Source: Tubiluchus corallicola
Taxonomy: Eukaryota > Animalia > Priapulida
Length of the DNA: 64,000 nt
Direction of reading: 5' to 3'
Assembly: GCA_030141605.1 (NCBI GenBank)
Contig: JAQGDQ010000356.1
Location: forward strand, 179,308 to 243,307
Below, in pieces: positions 39,222 through 53,700 of this stretch. The translations under genes and the position numbers were made by a program. Positions within the stretch are counted from its first letter, which is position 1, and each line of letters opens with the position of its first letter. The notes beneath the pieces are model-generated. The model saw only the letters and a program-made list of their open reading frames with translations, made no database searches and was not told where the DNA came from.

Positions 39222-39445
39222 AACCCCTTCACAGTTCCAGCGATTGACGATAATCGTGAAACGCTACGCACATAATTAAGTAAAGTCCACGCAGAAGAAC
39301 TGAAGTTACCGAACTGATGTTGCAGACGGCTTTGCTTTACCCACACGTCACGTGACGGTTGTAGCTAAGACACGTTTTGCTGTGGTACAGTTGACCTTTA
39401 ACCCACAGCAACTGCGCGTGCGCACAACGAAACTGTGAAAAGGCT
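39222..39445 (-). mobile_element. MITE family B internally deleted copy (inverted)
   Basis: Both termini present (TTCACAGTTCC ... AACTGTGAAAAGGCTTA); middle missing. Confidence 0.7.
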
Positions 39446-40292
39446 TATCACGAATGTATTATGTCTTCTTGTCTATTCAAGGACGAAAAAACTTGCTGAC
39501 TCTCGAAAAGCAAATGGACGATGATTTTCGTAATTTCAAACAGATGCAACACACACAAGGCAAGATCAAAAGACGGTCACCAAAAATTCAGTAACATTTT
39601 CTCGAAATTAGGCATTCATACTAACGCCTGGCGCAAACACTAACACTTTTTATATAAAATAATAATGACAGACAATAAGAGAATTGTTTTGTTGTAGAAA
39701 TAACTTCTGGAATTCCAGTCCTCTAGGGACAATTAGTTTATTGAAAACAAACGCTGTGAAATGATTATTCTGGCTTCCAGACAGCATCGTATTTTTCATT
39801 TCAAATGATTTTCTTCATCTGTAAATTTTGCGTAAAATACCTTCACGCGAGACAGCAAAGAGTTATATACATTGTAAGTGCCGTTATAAAGTAGATCAAC
39901 TTTCAAAGTCAGCATTGTTATTCATAACTATGTGCACAGAAGCCATTTTACTGGAATTTTCCTGGATTTTCCCATTTCACTTTTTACACGACGACTGACT
40001 AGACAAAATTGTGCGAAAGAGCTTGGATACTGACTATATTTGCACAATTTAGAACGAAATCGTATTTTCAAAAACTTGCGAATTCTTGTGAAGTTATACT
40101 TAATGCGAACGTTTTTATGTATTCTGAATCTTTTCCATTAGTTCATAATGTAATTAAAGCCTAAACAGCAGCAACTTCATGTTAGACAGTTGAGTTGTAT
40201 ATATACAACTGTGTCAAGCTGTTCTTCACTGGTGGCTTTGGTATGTCAGTACTGAGCTTATATATATAAATTAACAGTCTCCATTCAGTTAA

Positions 40293-40880
40293 AGGAAACA
40301 GCAAGTCACTCACTACGTTGGGTTTATTTTGCTGTTATCACTTAAACTGTTTGTGGTGTGCTAAAGGAAAGAACAAATCACTCAGTATGTTGGGTTTATT
40401 TTACTGTTATCACTTAAACTGTTTGTGGTGTGCTAAAGGAAAGAACAAGACACTCAGTATGTTGGGTTTATTTTACTGTATCACTTAAACTTAGAACTAT
40501 ATAACAAAGAAATTTGCAAAGAACTGCCTATAAAGCGTCGTGTTTGCTGCCACTCACTAGAAAATCATGACGTCACTGAGTGTTTGTTTTTGGTGAATCA
40601 GTGGTGCACACTGGACGTTGGGTTTATTTTACTGTATCACTTAAACTTAGAACAATATGACAAAGAAATTTGCAAAGAACTGCCTATAAAGCGTCGTGTT
40701 TGCCGCCATTCACTTGAAAATCATGACGTCACTGAGTGTTTGTTTTTGGTGAATCAGTGGTGCACACTGGGATTGCGCTACAGTACCGTTTTAATAGGCG
40801 TCGCGAATACTTTAAATTATTAAAAATTTTCTTTTCCAATTACATAAGTCTTTCAAACTGGCAAGCGTAATGCTAAGATG
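40293..40880 (-). mobile_element. Family A right-end fragments (inverted, tandemised) joined to a family C fragment
   Basis: Three termini separated by gtttgtggtgtgcta, then an about 156-bp duplication spanning the A/C junction. Confidence 0.65.
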
Positions 40881-41495
40881 GAAAGTTCTTTAGCATATCA
40901 TTAAATCCCCCCCTTTCTTCCTTATCCATGAATCATGACTGAATATGCAAGTTCAATTATGACTATGGTAACATATAATATAGCTGTTATGAATTCATGA
41001 TTCATGAGTTTTTCTTTATTTAACTAAACAAATTTTGCTCTTAGACAAATACACGGTGAGTTAGCACAGTAAGAAGTCTACATACTAAAAACAACTTGGC
41101 AACACTAGTTGGTTAATGGAATGCTGAAAGTGTGGCTAAGTACATCATTCAAAGAATAAGAAAGCCCTCCACTTACATAAAGCTTAAAAAATTCGTCTTG
41201 ACATGTTACACCAATTACATACTACCCTTTTGCATATAACGCTTGCGTCGGAAGTAACGCTGTATGCAACATGTAATCAACATATCAGCCTATGTAAGTA
41301 ATGGGGCTCCATAATGACAGATTTCTTGATTCAAAATTTCAAAGCGAACACAAAGTTATATCACGTTATAACTAGTTCGACTTTTAGAAATTGGTAAAAT
41401 TTCGTTATCTATGCAGTTAGGAAATGTAGTCTTTAATGCAGGAATTCTCCTTCATCAGAAACGACAATGAGAAATGCCAACTTTAATAAGAATCC

Positions 41496-41630
41496 AAGTA
41501 AAAAGTCATAGGTAAAAAGTCATAAGAAAAAAAGTCACAGGAAAAAACTCTAGCCCAAACCCTGACCCTAGAATTGTGACTTTTTCTATTGACTTTTTTC
41601 GGGATTTTTTTCCTGTGGCTTTCTGGTCAC
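41496..41630. repeat. Small foldback element with repeated arms
   Basis: AAAAAGTCA(C/T)AG repeats facing GTGACTTTTT / TTTTTCCTGTGGCTTT around an AACCCTGACCCTA core. Confidence 0.5.
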
Positions 41631-41909
41631 ATATAATACGTAGTACAAGACTTTATTCACTGACACTTATATGAAACCGCTCAACATACGGTGGAAAAAA
41701 TGAGTTTTTTTAAACGGCTTACCAAGGAATCAGATTTGTTTTTAAAAGGGACAAAACAGGGGATTGCTGGTACATGAAAGTAAAGCACAACGTGCTTGGT
41801 TTTTTAATAAGAGAAAAAATATACATTAATTAATTAGACTTAGTCATTCCTTATTACATTTAATCGAACGCTTTACAGCACGATATTTTGCTAAAAGCGA
41901 CGAATATCA

Positions 41910-42110
41910 ACAAACTGCGCATGCTCTAAGTGGCAACACCAATAAACTGCGTATGTTGCACGTGGCAACACCAATAAACTGCGCATGTTGCACGTGGCAA
42001 CACCAATAAACTGCGCATGTTGCACGTGGCAACACCAATAAACTGCGCATGGTGTACGTGGCAACACCAATAAACTGCGCATGGTGTACGTGGCAACACT
42101 AATAAAGTGC
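41910..42110. repeat. 32-bp minisatellite, about 6 copies
   Basis: Unit gtggcaacaccaataaactgcgcatgttgcac. Confidence 0.9.
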
Positions 42111-43262
42111 ACTAAAAACACATTCTTTATTTGTCATGTATTTTTAAATTTTCATGAATACAGCAACATATAAAGACTTGTGCATTTCTACTCCAAACTA
42201 AGCTGAAATATATTTTCAACCAGATTTTGGTAAGAACAGCTATTTGTGAATGAAACGGAAACAAGATTTGTTAAAGTCTAGTTACTGTATAAACCTTTGC
42301 AGCATTTAAAGATTACCGTATGTAATGCACTGCACAATACACTTTCAATAGGACTATTGACAAGCATTAATCCAGGGACCAGAAATTATAAAAACATCTC
42401 CTAAGCACGAAAAGTGGATTCTGTCTAGATTTCATTGGCATGTACACCTACAGAAAATCGTACTCAATCAGTCTATAGAGAGATTGATTTCTACACACTA
42501 ATGTGGCTAATGCGGCACATTGAAAAGGCCACGACTACAGATTCTAAAGAGAAAAATGAAATGGAAGCGACAGACGAGGGCGCCGCAATCAATAAAGAAA
42601 GTTTACGGGATCTGCCACACCAAATGATCACTAAATCCACGGGGCGTAATAAAGACATGATAGTTCTGTTTTTTACGTCTCATCAATTTGATTTAAGTGC
42701 TGAGGAAAGCAAAAACTGGGAAAGCAATAGGTTTATCACAAGTGCAGGTACTCAGGGCTTATGATGGCGTGTTAAACATTAAAAACAACAGAAATCAAAA
42801 GCATGCTTTCTTTAAAGGAAGACAGGATGATTTTTCATATCCTACCCCATTTTCAAGTCCGATAAAGAATAATATATTAAAAATTTAATTAACAGCGGGC
42901 GAGCCCAACTATTGATGGCATCACAAACTAACATGATTTTCAACAGCAAAAATATTCCACGAGCATGTTGCACGTGTTTGCGTAAGCAAAAATTGAAGTA
43001 CAGTTTTACTATAAGATATACTTTGCAAGTTTTAAGATAAAAATTTAAAATTTATTGAACAATGCATTTTCGAAATGCAGGTGCTAGTGCCCGTCTAACT
43101 AGCAAATGACGAAATGCATGTAACAGTGAAGAACTAGTAGCGCGAATGCGAAATTGTGTTTGTGTGGTTTCACGCAAATCATTTTTGAAAAAAAGTATGT
43201 TTGCTTTTAATATTTTAAAGAGTAGATTGTTTTGACCTACAGTTTAAGAATGGGTTCGGTTT

Positions 43263-43694
43263 TGCTTCAACAGTCACAGTTTTAAATTTTCATGAATATA
43301 AATCTTGGACTGTGGATGCTTCAACAGTCACAGTTTTAAATTTTCATGAATATAAATCTTGGACTGTGATGCTTCAACATCACAGTTTTAAATTTTCATG
43401 AATATAAATCTTGGACTTGGATGCTTCAACAGTCACAGTTTTAAATTTTCATGAATATAAATCTTGGACTGTGGATGCTTCAACAGCCACAGTTTTAAAT
43501 TTTCATGAATATAAATCTTGGACTGTGGATACTTCAACAGTCACAGTTTTAAATTTTCATGAATATAAATCTTGGACTGTGGATGCTTCAACAATCACAG
43601 TTTTAAATTTTCATGAATATAAATCTTGGACTGTGGATGCTTCAACAGTCACAGTTTTAAATTTTCATGAATATAAATCTTGGACTGTGGATGC
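43263..43694. repeat. 54-bp minisatellite, about 8 copies
   Basis: Unit gcttcaacagtcacagttttaaattttcatgaatataaatcttggactgtggat. Confidence 0.95.
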
Positions 43695-44077
43695 GGTGCG
43701 AAGAAGTTATTCGAGACCAAATTCAGTTTCTGCTCTAAACAAGATTTGTGAGAGAATCTTTTGGTCTTGTTGACACTTAAACTCTATTTCTCCTTAAGAA
43801 GTAGATAGGCCCATCTCAAAATTAGGCATGTGTGCGAGAGAAAGCGTACAATTTAACACAAGACAACCATATTATACAGAATGAGTAGCTGTTTGAACTC
43901 TCAAACCTGGCAATGTGATACCACAGGCACTGTGAAAACAATACCGTACACAGCACAGCAGCCATTCATTGTTTAACACACATTTGAGACACACCTGGGA
44001 ATAACAAGGCTTCTCTAAGCCTTCTGTGTAAGTTTGAAGGCACAGTCTGTATTACACTTGTGGAACTTAAACATTGC

Positions 44078-44467
44078 AGCTCTCATCCACATGCGGAGGG
44101 ATCGTGGATGGCAATTCTGTAGGCCATACAAATACACTGTGTCCAGCTATTTAGACCAGCTCTCATCCACATATGGAGGGATCGTGGATAACAATTCTGT
44201 AGGTGCCCTTGCAAATCCACTGTGCCAGGTATTTAGACCAGCTCTCATCCACATGCGGAGGGATCGTGGATGGCAATTCCACTGTGCCAGGTATTTAGAC
44301 CAGCTCTCATTCACATATGGAGGGATCGTGGATAACAATTCTGTAGGTGCTCGTACAAATCCACTGTGCCAGGTATTTAGACCAGCTCTCATCCACATAT
44401 GGAGGGATCGTGGATAACAATTCTGTAGGTGCCCTTGCAAATCCACTGTGCCAGGTATTTAGACCAA
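44078..44467. repeat. About 80-bp tandem repeat, about 5 copies
   Basis: cagctctcatccacatatggagggatcgtggataacaattc...ccactgtgccaggtatttagac. Confidence 0.9.
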
Positions 44468-44704
44468 ACAAGACCTCAAGACCTTTATTTGATCAGTAGA
44501 TTACTCCCAGCTTGTTAAGGACAAAAACAACTAAACCAATTCATGTTGTTTATTTTGTACGAGGATGAAGTAAACAAGAATTGTCGAGAAACAAAAATCA
44601 ATCGTTGCATTTTGTGTCTACATGATGAACTAAGTGCTCTACTGCACTTACACACTTCAGAGGTTTCTAATGCCTGTTTTAAAAGCGTAAAACTCAAACC
44701 TTAA

Positions 44705-45330
44705 AGGAAAGAATAAGTCACTCAGTGTGTTGGGTTTGTTTTACTGTTATCACTTAAACTTAGAAAAATATAACAAACAGATTTGCAAAGAAGTAAATAT
44801 AACAAACGAATTTGCAAAGAAGTAAATATAACAAACAAATTTGTAAAGAACTAAATATAACAAACAAATTTGCAAAGAACAAATTTGCAAATTTGCATCT
44901 ATTTTGCATGTATTTAAAATATTCTACCTCTGAACAGAAATTTTCAGGCGTGGTGGTTGCCGCCATTCACTTGAAAATCATGACGTAACTGGGAGACTTC
45001 ATGACTTTTTCGTAAGAGTCTCGTGGCTTAAACTAATTCAAACTTCTGCAGCTTACCTAATATTTACGCAAAAACATTAAATCTACTTTTTTGGTAAAAA
45101 CTAATTATACTTTTGATGAAGACTGACAGTGCGCTACTTTTCTTCAAGATGAATGACGTCATTGGAAGAAGAATGAGCATTGAAAATGTGAGTGTCAAAG
45201 CATGATCACGACTTTAAAATGATTTTATTAGTTACACGAGGTGCTTATAGAAGTTTTATTACTAAATCCTTCTAATATTTTTCGTGAAAATTGAAATAAA
45301 CCTGACCTCCTAGAAAGCTTGATCTTTCCT
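44705..45330 (-). mobile_element. Family A copy 5 (inverted), with an internal 29-bp tandem expansion
   Basis: Reverse complement of copies 1, 3 and 4; TTAA|AGGAAAGAATAAG ... CTTGATCTTTCCT|TTAT; aaatataacaaac.aatttgcaaagaa repeated about 4 times at 44765-44890. Confidence 0.8.
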
Positions 45331-45361
45331 TTATAATACATATAACATTTTCTTAAACTCA

Positions 45362-45466
<105 letters not shown>

Positions 45467-45514
45467 CTACAAACGTTAATACACACGTGTATTACAGAAA
45501 TGAACATAAGACAA

Positions 45515-45604
45515 ATTAGGATTAGGATTAGGGTTGTAAGTAGGGTTAGAGTTGGGATTAGGGTTAGGATTGGTGTTAGGGTTACAGTTAGGGTAGGTTA
45601 GGGT
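45515..45604. repeat. Degenerate interstitial (TTAGGG)n tract
   Basis: ttaggattaggattagggttg...agggttag...gttagggtaggttagggt. Confidence 0.75.
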
Positions 45605-45914
45605 ATTCAAACTGTGTTGGAAATTGTAAACTCCATCCCAAACTTTTTAGTGGAATCGGATTAGATATCGGAATTGTTAAAAATTTTGGTATCTTGTCAT
45701 CACTACTACTAGTTTTGTAAGATCACTGAGAACATCTTCCATGGAAATAGTGATCTTCTGTAGAAGTCAAATTATTTTTATAAAAGATATGTTTTACAAG
45801 AATTTGACACGACAGAAAAATACTCTATAATCTTTAATAGCACTTAAAATACTAACATACATCTAAGTGTCTCGAAATTTTTTTTTAAAACTTAACAAAT
45901 TTGTTTACTTAAAA

Positions 45915-46110
45915 CTGTACATGTCTCTGCAATTTCTTCTGTTACAACCTCGTTTATTTTGAAAAGTTAAATTCTATTCTGTTGCAGTTTCGGTTTGTGC
46001 CTGTGTATCAATGTGTTATTTATTCCTCTTTTTCGCTTCATTTATAGTTTAATAATGGCTTCAATAGCCGAAACGATCGTTGCTCAATAAACATGGTGAT
46101 AGCAAAAATC
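45915..46110 (+). repeat. Dispersed repeat with hammerhead-like 3' end (Penelope/retrozyme-like), copy 1
   Basis: Aligns with 60860-60990 (direct) and 60655-60785 (inverted); contains AGT-TTAATAA-T-GGCT-TCAAT-AGCC-GAAA-CGATCG-TT-GCT then CAATAAAC. Confidence 0.55.
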
Positions 46111-46869
46111 ATAAGACGAATTCACGGATCGTGACGTTTATATTTCGAAACACATCAGAGGTGGAGTAAATGAATCCTAGAAATGCTACTAGAATAATGA
46201 ATAAGCCACCAGTGGGTGATTTATTCTATGTCCAAAAATTCAGTAGATGGGCTTGTAACATGACTATATCAATCAAATTATTATTCATGTGCATACTTCT
46301 TTGATATTAATGTTTCTGCTTTTTATTTTTTTATAAGAAAGAATGAATCTTGTATTCTTGCAGCCATCCATGAAATCCGTCTATGACTTTTGATATGTTG
46401 ATATTTTTGCAATATATTTATTATTATGTTTACTTTCTTCGTAGCTTAGTTTCAATCAATCAATCAATTTATTATTTTACAATTTCAATACTCAAGTGTA
46501 CGTGATTACAATATTTATTACTATATAGATTTGTATCATAGCAAGAAGCCAACTGGTCACACTAATCAAGAATGCATCATATAATATTTACTATTTAAAT
46601 AGCACTTAACAGTATAGACTGTACGTCAGCAAGGAACACTGTGTCAGCATGCTGTAGTGAGCGTGACGTCAAACCTCCACCAAGCAAAGCTGACTGGCTT
46701 CAGATTAACTGAGCTTGAAGCCAATATAAACAGATTCCTTGCTTAAATTAAATTCCTCCAGAGAAACATTGGATGATGTACTATAATGACAGCAGTAAAG
46801 TGGAGAAGAGAATGTACCACAACGAAGATGACGTAAACAAATTATATTTAACTAAAATCTTTGGTACGT

Positions 46870-47073
46870 GGGGCTCGTGGATGAGTGGTTAGACGTGTGC
46901 TCTATGTGAGTGGACGCTTAGGTTCAATACTCGCTCGGCGTGGTATCATTTGCTGTTTACCTAACAGACGAAGAATGTATAACACCTCTGTTGGCTCAGT
47001 GGTTTGCCTTAACGAAAGGACCTTGATAATGAGCCAGGCTCCAACAATGCCTAGACATTAAGTACTACCTTTC
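46870..47073 (+). mobile_element. tRNA-derived SINE-like element
   Basis: Box A-like GTGGATGAGTGGTTAG, box B-like GGTTCAATACTC. Confidence 0.45.
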
Positions 47074-47074
47074 A

Positions 47075-47835
47075 GTGTTTGCAATGCACCATTCAAGTTT
47101 GCAATGCTCGCATGACAGTGAATCATTCTCTGCCGAATTCAGGCTTGCAATGCACCCATGACAGTGAATCATTCATTCACTGCTGAATTCAGGCTTGCAA
47201 TGCACCCATGACAGTAAATCATTCACTGCTGAATTCAGGCTTGCAATGCACCCATGACAGTGAATTATACAGTGACGGATTCAGGCTTGCAATGCACCAA
47301 TGACAGTGAATTATACAGTGATGGATTCAGGCTTGCAATGCACCCGTGAAAGTGAATTATACAGTGATGGATTCAGGCTTGCAATGCACCCACGACAGTG
47401 AATTATTCACTGCACCCATGGCAGTGAATCGTGCAGTGATGGATTCAGGCTCACAATGCAACAATGACAGTGAATTATGCACCCATGACAGTGAATTATT
47501 CACTGCACCCATGGCAGTGAATCATGCAGTGATGGATTCAGGCTCACAATGCAACAATGACAGTGAATTATTCTCTGCCGGATTCAGGCTTGCAATGCAC
47601 CCATGACAGTGAATTATGCAGCGATGGATTCAGGCTTGCAATGCACCCATGACAGTGAATTATATAGTGATGGATTCAGGCTTGGAATGCACTCAAGACA
47701 GTGAGTTATACAGTGCTAGATTCAGGCTTGCAATGCACACAAGACAGTGAATTATACAGTGCTAGATTCAGGCTTGCAATGCACACAAGGCTGAATTATA
47801 CAGTGCTAGATTCAGGCTTGCAATGCAACCAAGAC
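47075..47835. repeat. About 46-bp diverged minisatellite
   Basis: Unit ttcaggcttgcaatgcacccatgacagtgaattatacagtgatgga. Confidence 0.9.
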
Positions 47836-48411
47836 ACAGAATTAAACAAATAACAAATAACTTTCAAGTCGTCAGTTACGACACGTTATTTTATCTTTAT
47901 CAAAATGTCAGTATTCAGCAGCCACGATATTTCTAATCCTATTTTTCTTTTTAAAAAGCTTTAGAAAGAGAAAAATAGTGGCTTCCCAGTACGAACACAA
48001 AGCTACAGATTGTATTTACGTTGCGCAATACGACCAGGGTATCTTCTTAAAGGGTAATAAACAGTCAGTTAGCCTGTTTGTCTAGTTCATTAAGCGGCCA
48101 TGTAATCGTAGATTGGGAACAAATCAATGTTCATTACACAGAGTCTTACTGTATGTACGTCAGACGAACCTCTAATCACGGCGGAATTATGACCTTTTGG
48201 GGCCCCTAGGCTAATGAAATGATGGGTGGAACCACCTTCTAACTCGCCCGCACTCGTCTTGAATATTTTTACTCGTGATGTGTTTAGCGACATTTACATT
48301 ACTTGAAGTAAACGTATAGCAAATTCTTTATTTAAATTAAAAGCACGTATTTTAACACAACCGTAGCAAAAAGCACATTTTATTACCAAATGTTAGCAAG
48401 GCTCGAGTGGC

Positions 48412-48972
48412 TCTAGGCTGCAGGCTATACTAGCCCAGACTTTTTAACAACTGTTACAAAAGGTCAAGAAACCTAAGCTGCAGCCTATACTAGTCCAGAC
48501 TTTTTAACAACTGTTACAAAAGGTCGAGAAACCTAGGCTGCAGCCTATCCAGCCCAGACTTTTTAACAACTGTTACAAAAGGTCAAGAAACCTAAGCTGC
48601 AGCCTATACTAGACCAGACTTTTTACCAACTGTTACAAAAGGTCGAGAAACCTAAGCTGCAGCCTATCCAGTCCAAACTTTTTACCAACGGTTACAAAAG
48701 GTCGAGAAACCTAAGCTGCAGCCTATACTAGCCCAGACTTTTTACCAACTGTTACAAAAGGTCGAGGAACCTAAGCTGCAGCCTATACTAGCCCAGACTT
48801 TTTACCAACTGTTACAAAAGGTCGAGAAACCTAAGCTGCAGCCTATACTAGTCCAGACGTTTCACCAACTGTTACAAAAGGTCGAGAAACCTAAGCTGCA
48901 GCCGATACTAGTCCAAACTTTTTACCAACTGTTACAAAAGGTCGAGGAACCTAGGCTGCAGCCTATACTAAC
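48412..48972. repeat. 60-bp minisatellite, about 9 copies
   Basis: Unit cctaagctgcagcctatactagcccagactttttaccaactgttacaaaaggtcgagaaa. Confidence 0.95.
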
Positions 48973-50542
48973 TTATATAATAACCAGACCCTGCTTCTAA
49001 TCACTCACACACCAACTAAGTGCTACGTCTAAACGCTACAATTTTTAGCTGGCGTAATTCACTCAATACAAAATACCCAGCACACACATAACCACTCTCT
49101 CAAGGGAAGCCGTTAACACGATGTAAATGATAAATTAATGACAGCCCAGCCATTTCACAACTCGATCTCTCTAGTTTTCCACCCAACTCACACTTTAATA
49201 CTGTATCAATAATTAAGCACAGCAACACTCAAACTCTCTGTTCAGCAATAGCTAACATAATTTGCTATAGGGCACTCGAACAGTTAAACAGAAACTGTGA
49301 CGTATGATGATTTTACCCCCCCCCCTCCTTAAATGGCCTGCTTCACGAACAATTATTGATACTACTGAAATATGTATTACACGATATATGCAAGACACAG
49401 CTTCTATTAGGTCTAATATTAACCAGTGACAGTAGGGCCAATAGAATCTATTCAAATATGACGGTGACACCTCCACCAGTTCAGTGCCTCATCTTATAAG
49501 CATAGACTTGATGAAAAACATTCCAGTTTTGCCACAAACACCCAAACTGATTAGACGTGCTGGTTGAATGATGCAGTCCCACTTGCACATTAATGCACAA
49601 TGATGAAATGCATAAAAATGCCAATAGATTTTTTCATGTCTCCTCATCTATTCTAACACTTTAGTTAGACAAAGCTAAACATGTCATTTACATGCTGTCT
49701 TATTGTGCACAGCGCTCTATAAAACTCCCGCAATGACGACCATTAGGCGCAGCCATTTTAAGTGTAAGTCGTTTGAAACAAGTTTAAATAACATTGTGTA
49801 AACTTTGAAAAAATAAACAGAGCATTCGTGGCGCACTCTTTGCTAATTAAACAAAAGTGAAAATTTCTTTACATTGTCAACGAGTTCAATGTGTTTTTGG
49901 TGAGCCAGTGGTGCACACTGGAAATGTGACACAGTGACATTTTATGAGCTATGAGCTAAATTAGCAAATAATTTTCTTTTCTAGTGACACAAGTCTTTCA
50001 ACCAGATCAGCATGATTGTAACTAATGTTGGGTGGACTAATTGTAGCTAACTGGGTGGAAAATTTTTTGGGCAGTATCTTAAAACTGTCTTTTCTTCCCC
50101 TTTAAAAAATCTAAAGTCTCCCCCAAACCTGATATATGTAAGATTATGCGCAAATATTCAAAGTAATAGTACTAACTCACTAAAAATACAATCTTAGTTT
50201 AAGCAGCAGAATTACTTGCATTTTGCATCAGAAATCACGCATTTGTTTTATTCCCCGGTCTGAAATGAAATCTCTTTCCACGATTTCCTTTTATAACTTC
50301 AACAGTTAGATAACGAGGGAGCACGTGCTGCAGAAAATATCGGTAAAATCAATTCAACAATATCGCAATATCTCAGCCACCGTAACTACTGCTTCTGGTA
50401 TGTAACATCAGATTAACAGGAAATTTCTAAATTTCTGCCTGAGATCATGAGATGATTCGCAATAACACGAAATCTTTACCGTCTGCAATATGTACGTGGG
50501 CTTATTAAATTTAAAAGTTATAACCACACATATTTACGAACT

Positions 50543-51850
50543 AATATGTTACATGCTACACAAAGTCAAGAAACATATGTTACATGCTACACGTGCTACA
50601 CAAAGTCAAGAAATATATGTTACATGCTACACGTACTACACAAAGTCAAGAAATATATGTTACATGCTACACGTACTACGCAAAGTCAAGAAACATATGT
50701 TACATGCTACACGTGCTACACAAAGTCAAGAAACATATGTTACATGCTACACGTACTACGCAAAGTCAAGAAATATATGTTACATGCTACACGGGCTACA
50801 CAAAGTCAAGAAACATATGTTACATGCTACACGTACTACACAAAGTCAAGAAACATATGTTACATGCTACACGTACTACACAAAGTCAAGAAATATATGT
50901 TACATGCTACACGTACTACACAAAGTCAAGAAATATATGTTACATGCTACACGTACTACACAAAGTCAAGAAATATATGTTACATGCTACACGTACTACG
51001 CAAAGTCAAGAAACATATGTTACATGCTACACGTGCTACACAAAGTCAAGAAACATATGTTACATGCTACACATACTACGCAAAGTCAAGAAATATATGT
51101 TACATGCTACACGTGCTACACAAAGTCAAGAAACATATGTTACATGCTACACGTACTACACAAAGTCAAGAAACATATGTTACATGCTACACGTACTACA
51201 CAAAGTCAAGAAACATATGTTACATGCTACACGTACTACGCAAAGTCAAGAAACATATGTTACATGCTACACGTACTACACAAACTCAAGAAATATATGT
51301 TACATGCTACACGTACTACGCAAAGTCAAGAAATATATGTTACATGCTACACGTGCTACACAAAGTCAAGAAACATATGTTACATGCTACACGTGCTACA
51401 CAAAGTCAAGAAACATATGTTACATGCTACACGTGCTACACAAAGTCAAGAAACATATGTTACATGCTACACGTACTACACAAAGTCAAGAAATATATGT
51501 TACATGCTACACGTACTACACAAAGTCAAGAAATATATGTTACATGCTACACGTACTACGCAAAGTCAAGAAACATATGTTACATGCTACATGTACTACA
51601 CAAACTCAAGAAACATATGTTACATGCTACACGTACTACACAAAGTCAAGAAACATATGTTACATGCTACACGTACTACACAAAGTCAAGAAACATATGT
51701 TACATGCTACACGTGCTGCACAAAGTCAAGAAACATATGTTACATGCTACACAAAGTCAAGAAACATATGTTACATGCTACACATGCTACACAAAGTCAA
51801 GAAACATATGTTACATGCTACACGTGCTACACAAAATCAAGAAACATATT
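50543..51850. repeat. 40-bp minisatellite, about 33 copies
   Basis: Unit tatgttacatgctacacgtactacacaaagtcaagaaaca. Confidence 0.95.
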
Positions 51851-52719
51851 AGTTCGTAAACATGTGTGGCTGTAAATTTCAAACTTAATAAAGCCATATT
51901 CTTATACCACAGCGAAAAGATTTTGTTCATTAAAGAACCTCACAATCAATAATGCGCGAACATTCTACGTTAGATTCTGGCAATTTCTCTACTTTACTTT
52001 ATTAATACAGTGATAAAGGCTGAACTGCTTTTTCAGTTTAACGATAGTAATGCGCAGACAGCTAGACCCAAATGACCTTGGTAAAATAACTACAGTTACA
52101 CAATAAAAAAAAACAAGTTTTGAGTTCAACTTTTTTAAGTGAAAACGAGTATTCGCAACGCAGCTCTACGGAGAATACATTTTAATTTTATCACTGCAGT
52201 CTGTATGCAAAGAAAGGCAAAGTTTTGCATTACTAAATCAAGTCAAAATAATCATCGAACATCAAATAACAGTCAATCAAACTATTCGACAATACTTTTA
52301 ACAATACAATGACAATAACAATGACAATACAATGACAAATTGCCTTTAAACTGCCTACTATGTATCCTCCTAAAATCTACTATGTGAAAATGCGTTTTGT
52401 CATTTCAGTAAGTAATAGTGACTCAGAAAGAATCCTCAGTACAGGGTAACGCCAGCAGAATAATTCATCCTAGGCGAGGTTCATTAACCCTTGACACTGT
52501 CAGCGTTAAGCCTTGCCACTGAATACTAAAAACCTTTGGAATTTCAAATGCTCATTTTAAAACCATTATAAATTTACAGTGGGACTTCACTCAGTACAGA
52601 ACAGATTGTCGGTTAAGTAAAATTTATCATTATTTTTTTCGTTGTTTTTTGCTGTAGAGATTCAATACCACACGCAAGGCAGGGCAACAGCAGGCACCTT
52701 TGGTCACTTTATTACTTGC

Positions 52720-52819
52720 GGGTCACGGGTGTGGGTCAGATTCAGTCCAAGTCACTGCATCGGTTGGTCAATGGTCAAGTGGGAGAAGGGTCACATATCT
52801 TGACCCATTTCCAGCTCTG
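52720..52819. mobile_element. hAT-like terminal fragment
   Basis: GGGTCA motif cluster ending TGACCCATTTCCAGCTCTG. Confidence 0.35.
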
Positions 52820-53599
52820 TGTACAAATCACATTAGAATCTAACCACCAGCCATTCAAAAACCCTCGCAGTCGATAATTGCGGGACCAGTCCAACGCCAC
52901 AATCATCGATTCTGCAGCAAATTGGTCAAGACAGCGGACTAATAACCGAACGAGGACGATGGTCAAGTCGGCTCGGATTAACAACTAAACTAGGACGTGT
53001 AGGAATTAGTTACGACCGATGACTACGCACTAAGGAATGCATCTACGCAAGAAACCACGCCCAGTTTGGCAGGTAGAAAGATTAGTTGAAGAGATTAAGT
53101 CATCGCAACAACGTAAGCACAAATATTCAGCATTGGCTGTGATTCTTCATGTAACAAGTGGATTTATGCAAGTTTATATTCAGCTAAATAATATCAAGGG
53201 AGTGCTAATTTCAAGCTGGTAAATAAGATTATAGCAATTAAATAACAGCACAAGCACCTGCGAATTCACGTAAACCTACATCTCCCTACATGCCATTCAG
53301 GAAGAAAATAGTAAAAACGTCAATTCCATAACCTAATGACAGGTTCACACTAAAGAAAAGCTTACACTGAAATACACACTGGTGCAAAAAGGCAAAGCAA
53401 CACAAAACCCTATTCTGTACACACTTTAATGTTTCAGATAAAAATTTTAGCTTTAAACCTTTACTCTAAACATCAATTTTTAGACGTTCAATTCATATAC
53501 AACGAGCTACTGAACCAGCAGAGGTTCCTAAGCTATAATCGTATGCGAATCCCCCTCAATGATGTAAAGAAACAGTAGGAATCACATTTGCAAATTCAA

Positions 53600-53700
53600 C
53601 TGTCCTGAGTGAGTATTGAACCTGCAGCGCGACCAAACTCGGCGCTACTTAACTTACGTCAGCAAGTATACATTTAACCACTCAGCTATTTCTACACCGC
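53600..53700 (-). mobile_element. tRNA-derived SINE head
   Basis: Minus strand TAGCTGAGTGGTTAA ... GGTTCAATACTC, the same box B variant as at 46921. Confidence 0.45.

Noticed and set aside
42435-42764. 109-aa ORF antisense to scrib
   Set aside because: Non-ATG start, no recognisable domain and no splice support
50490-51875. Three overlapping ORFs of 420-460 aa
   Set aside because: A 40-bp unit with no plus-strand stops gives the same peptide in all three frames
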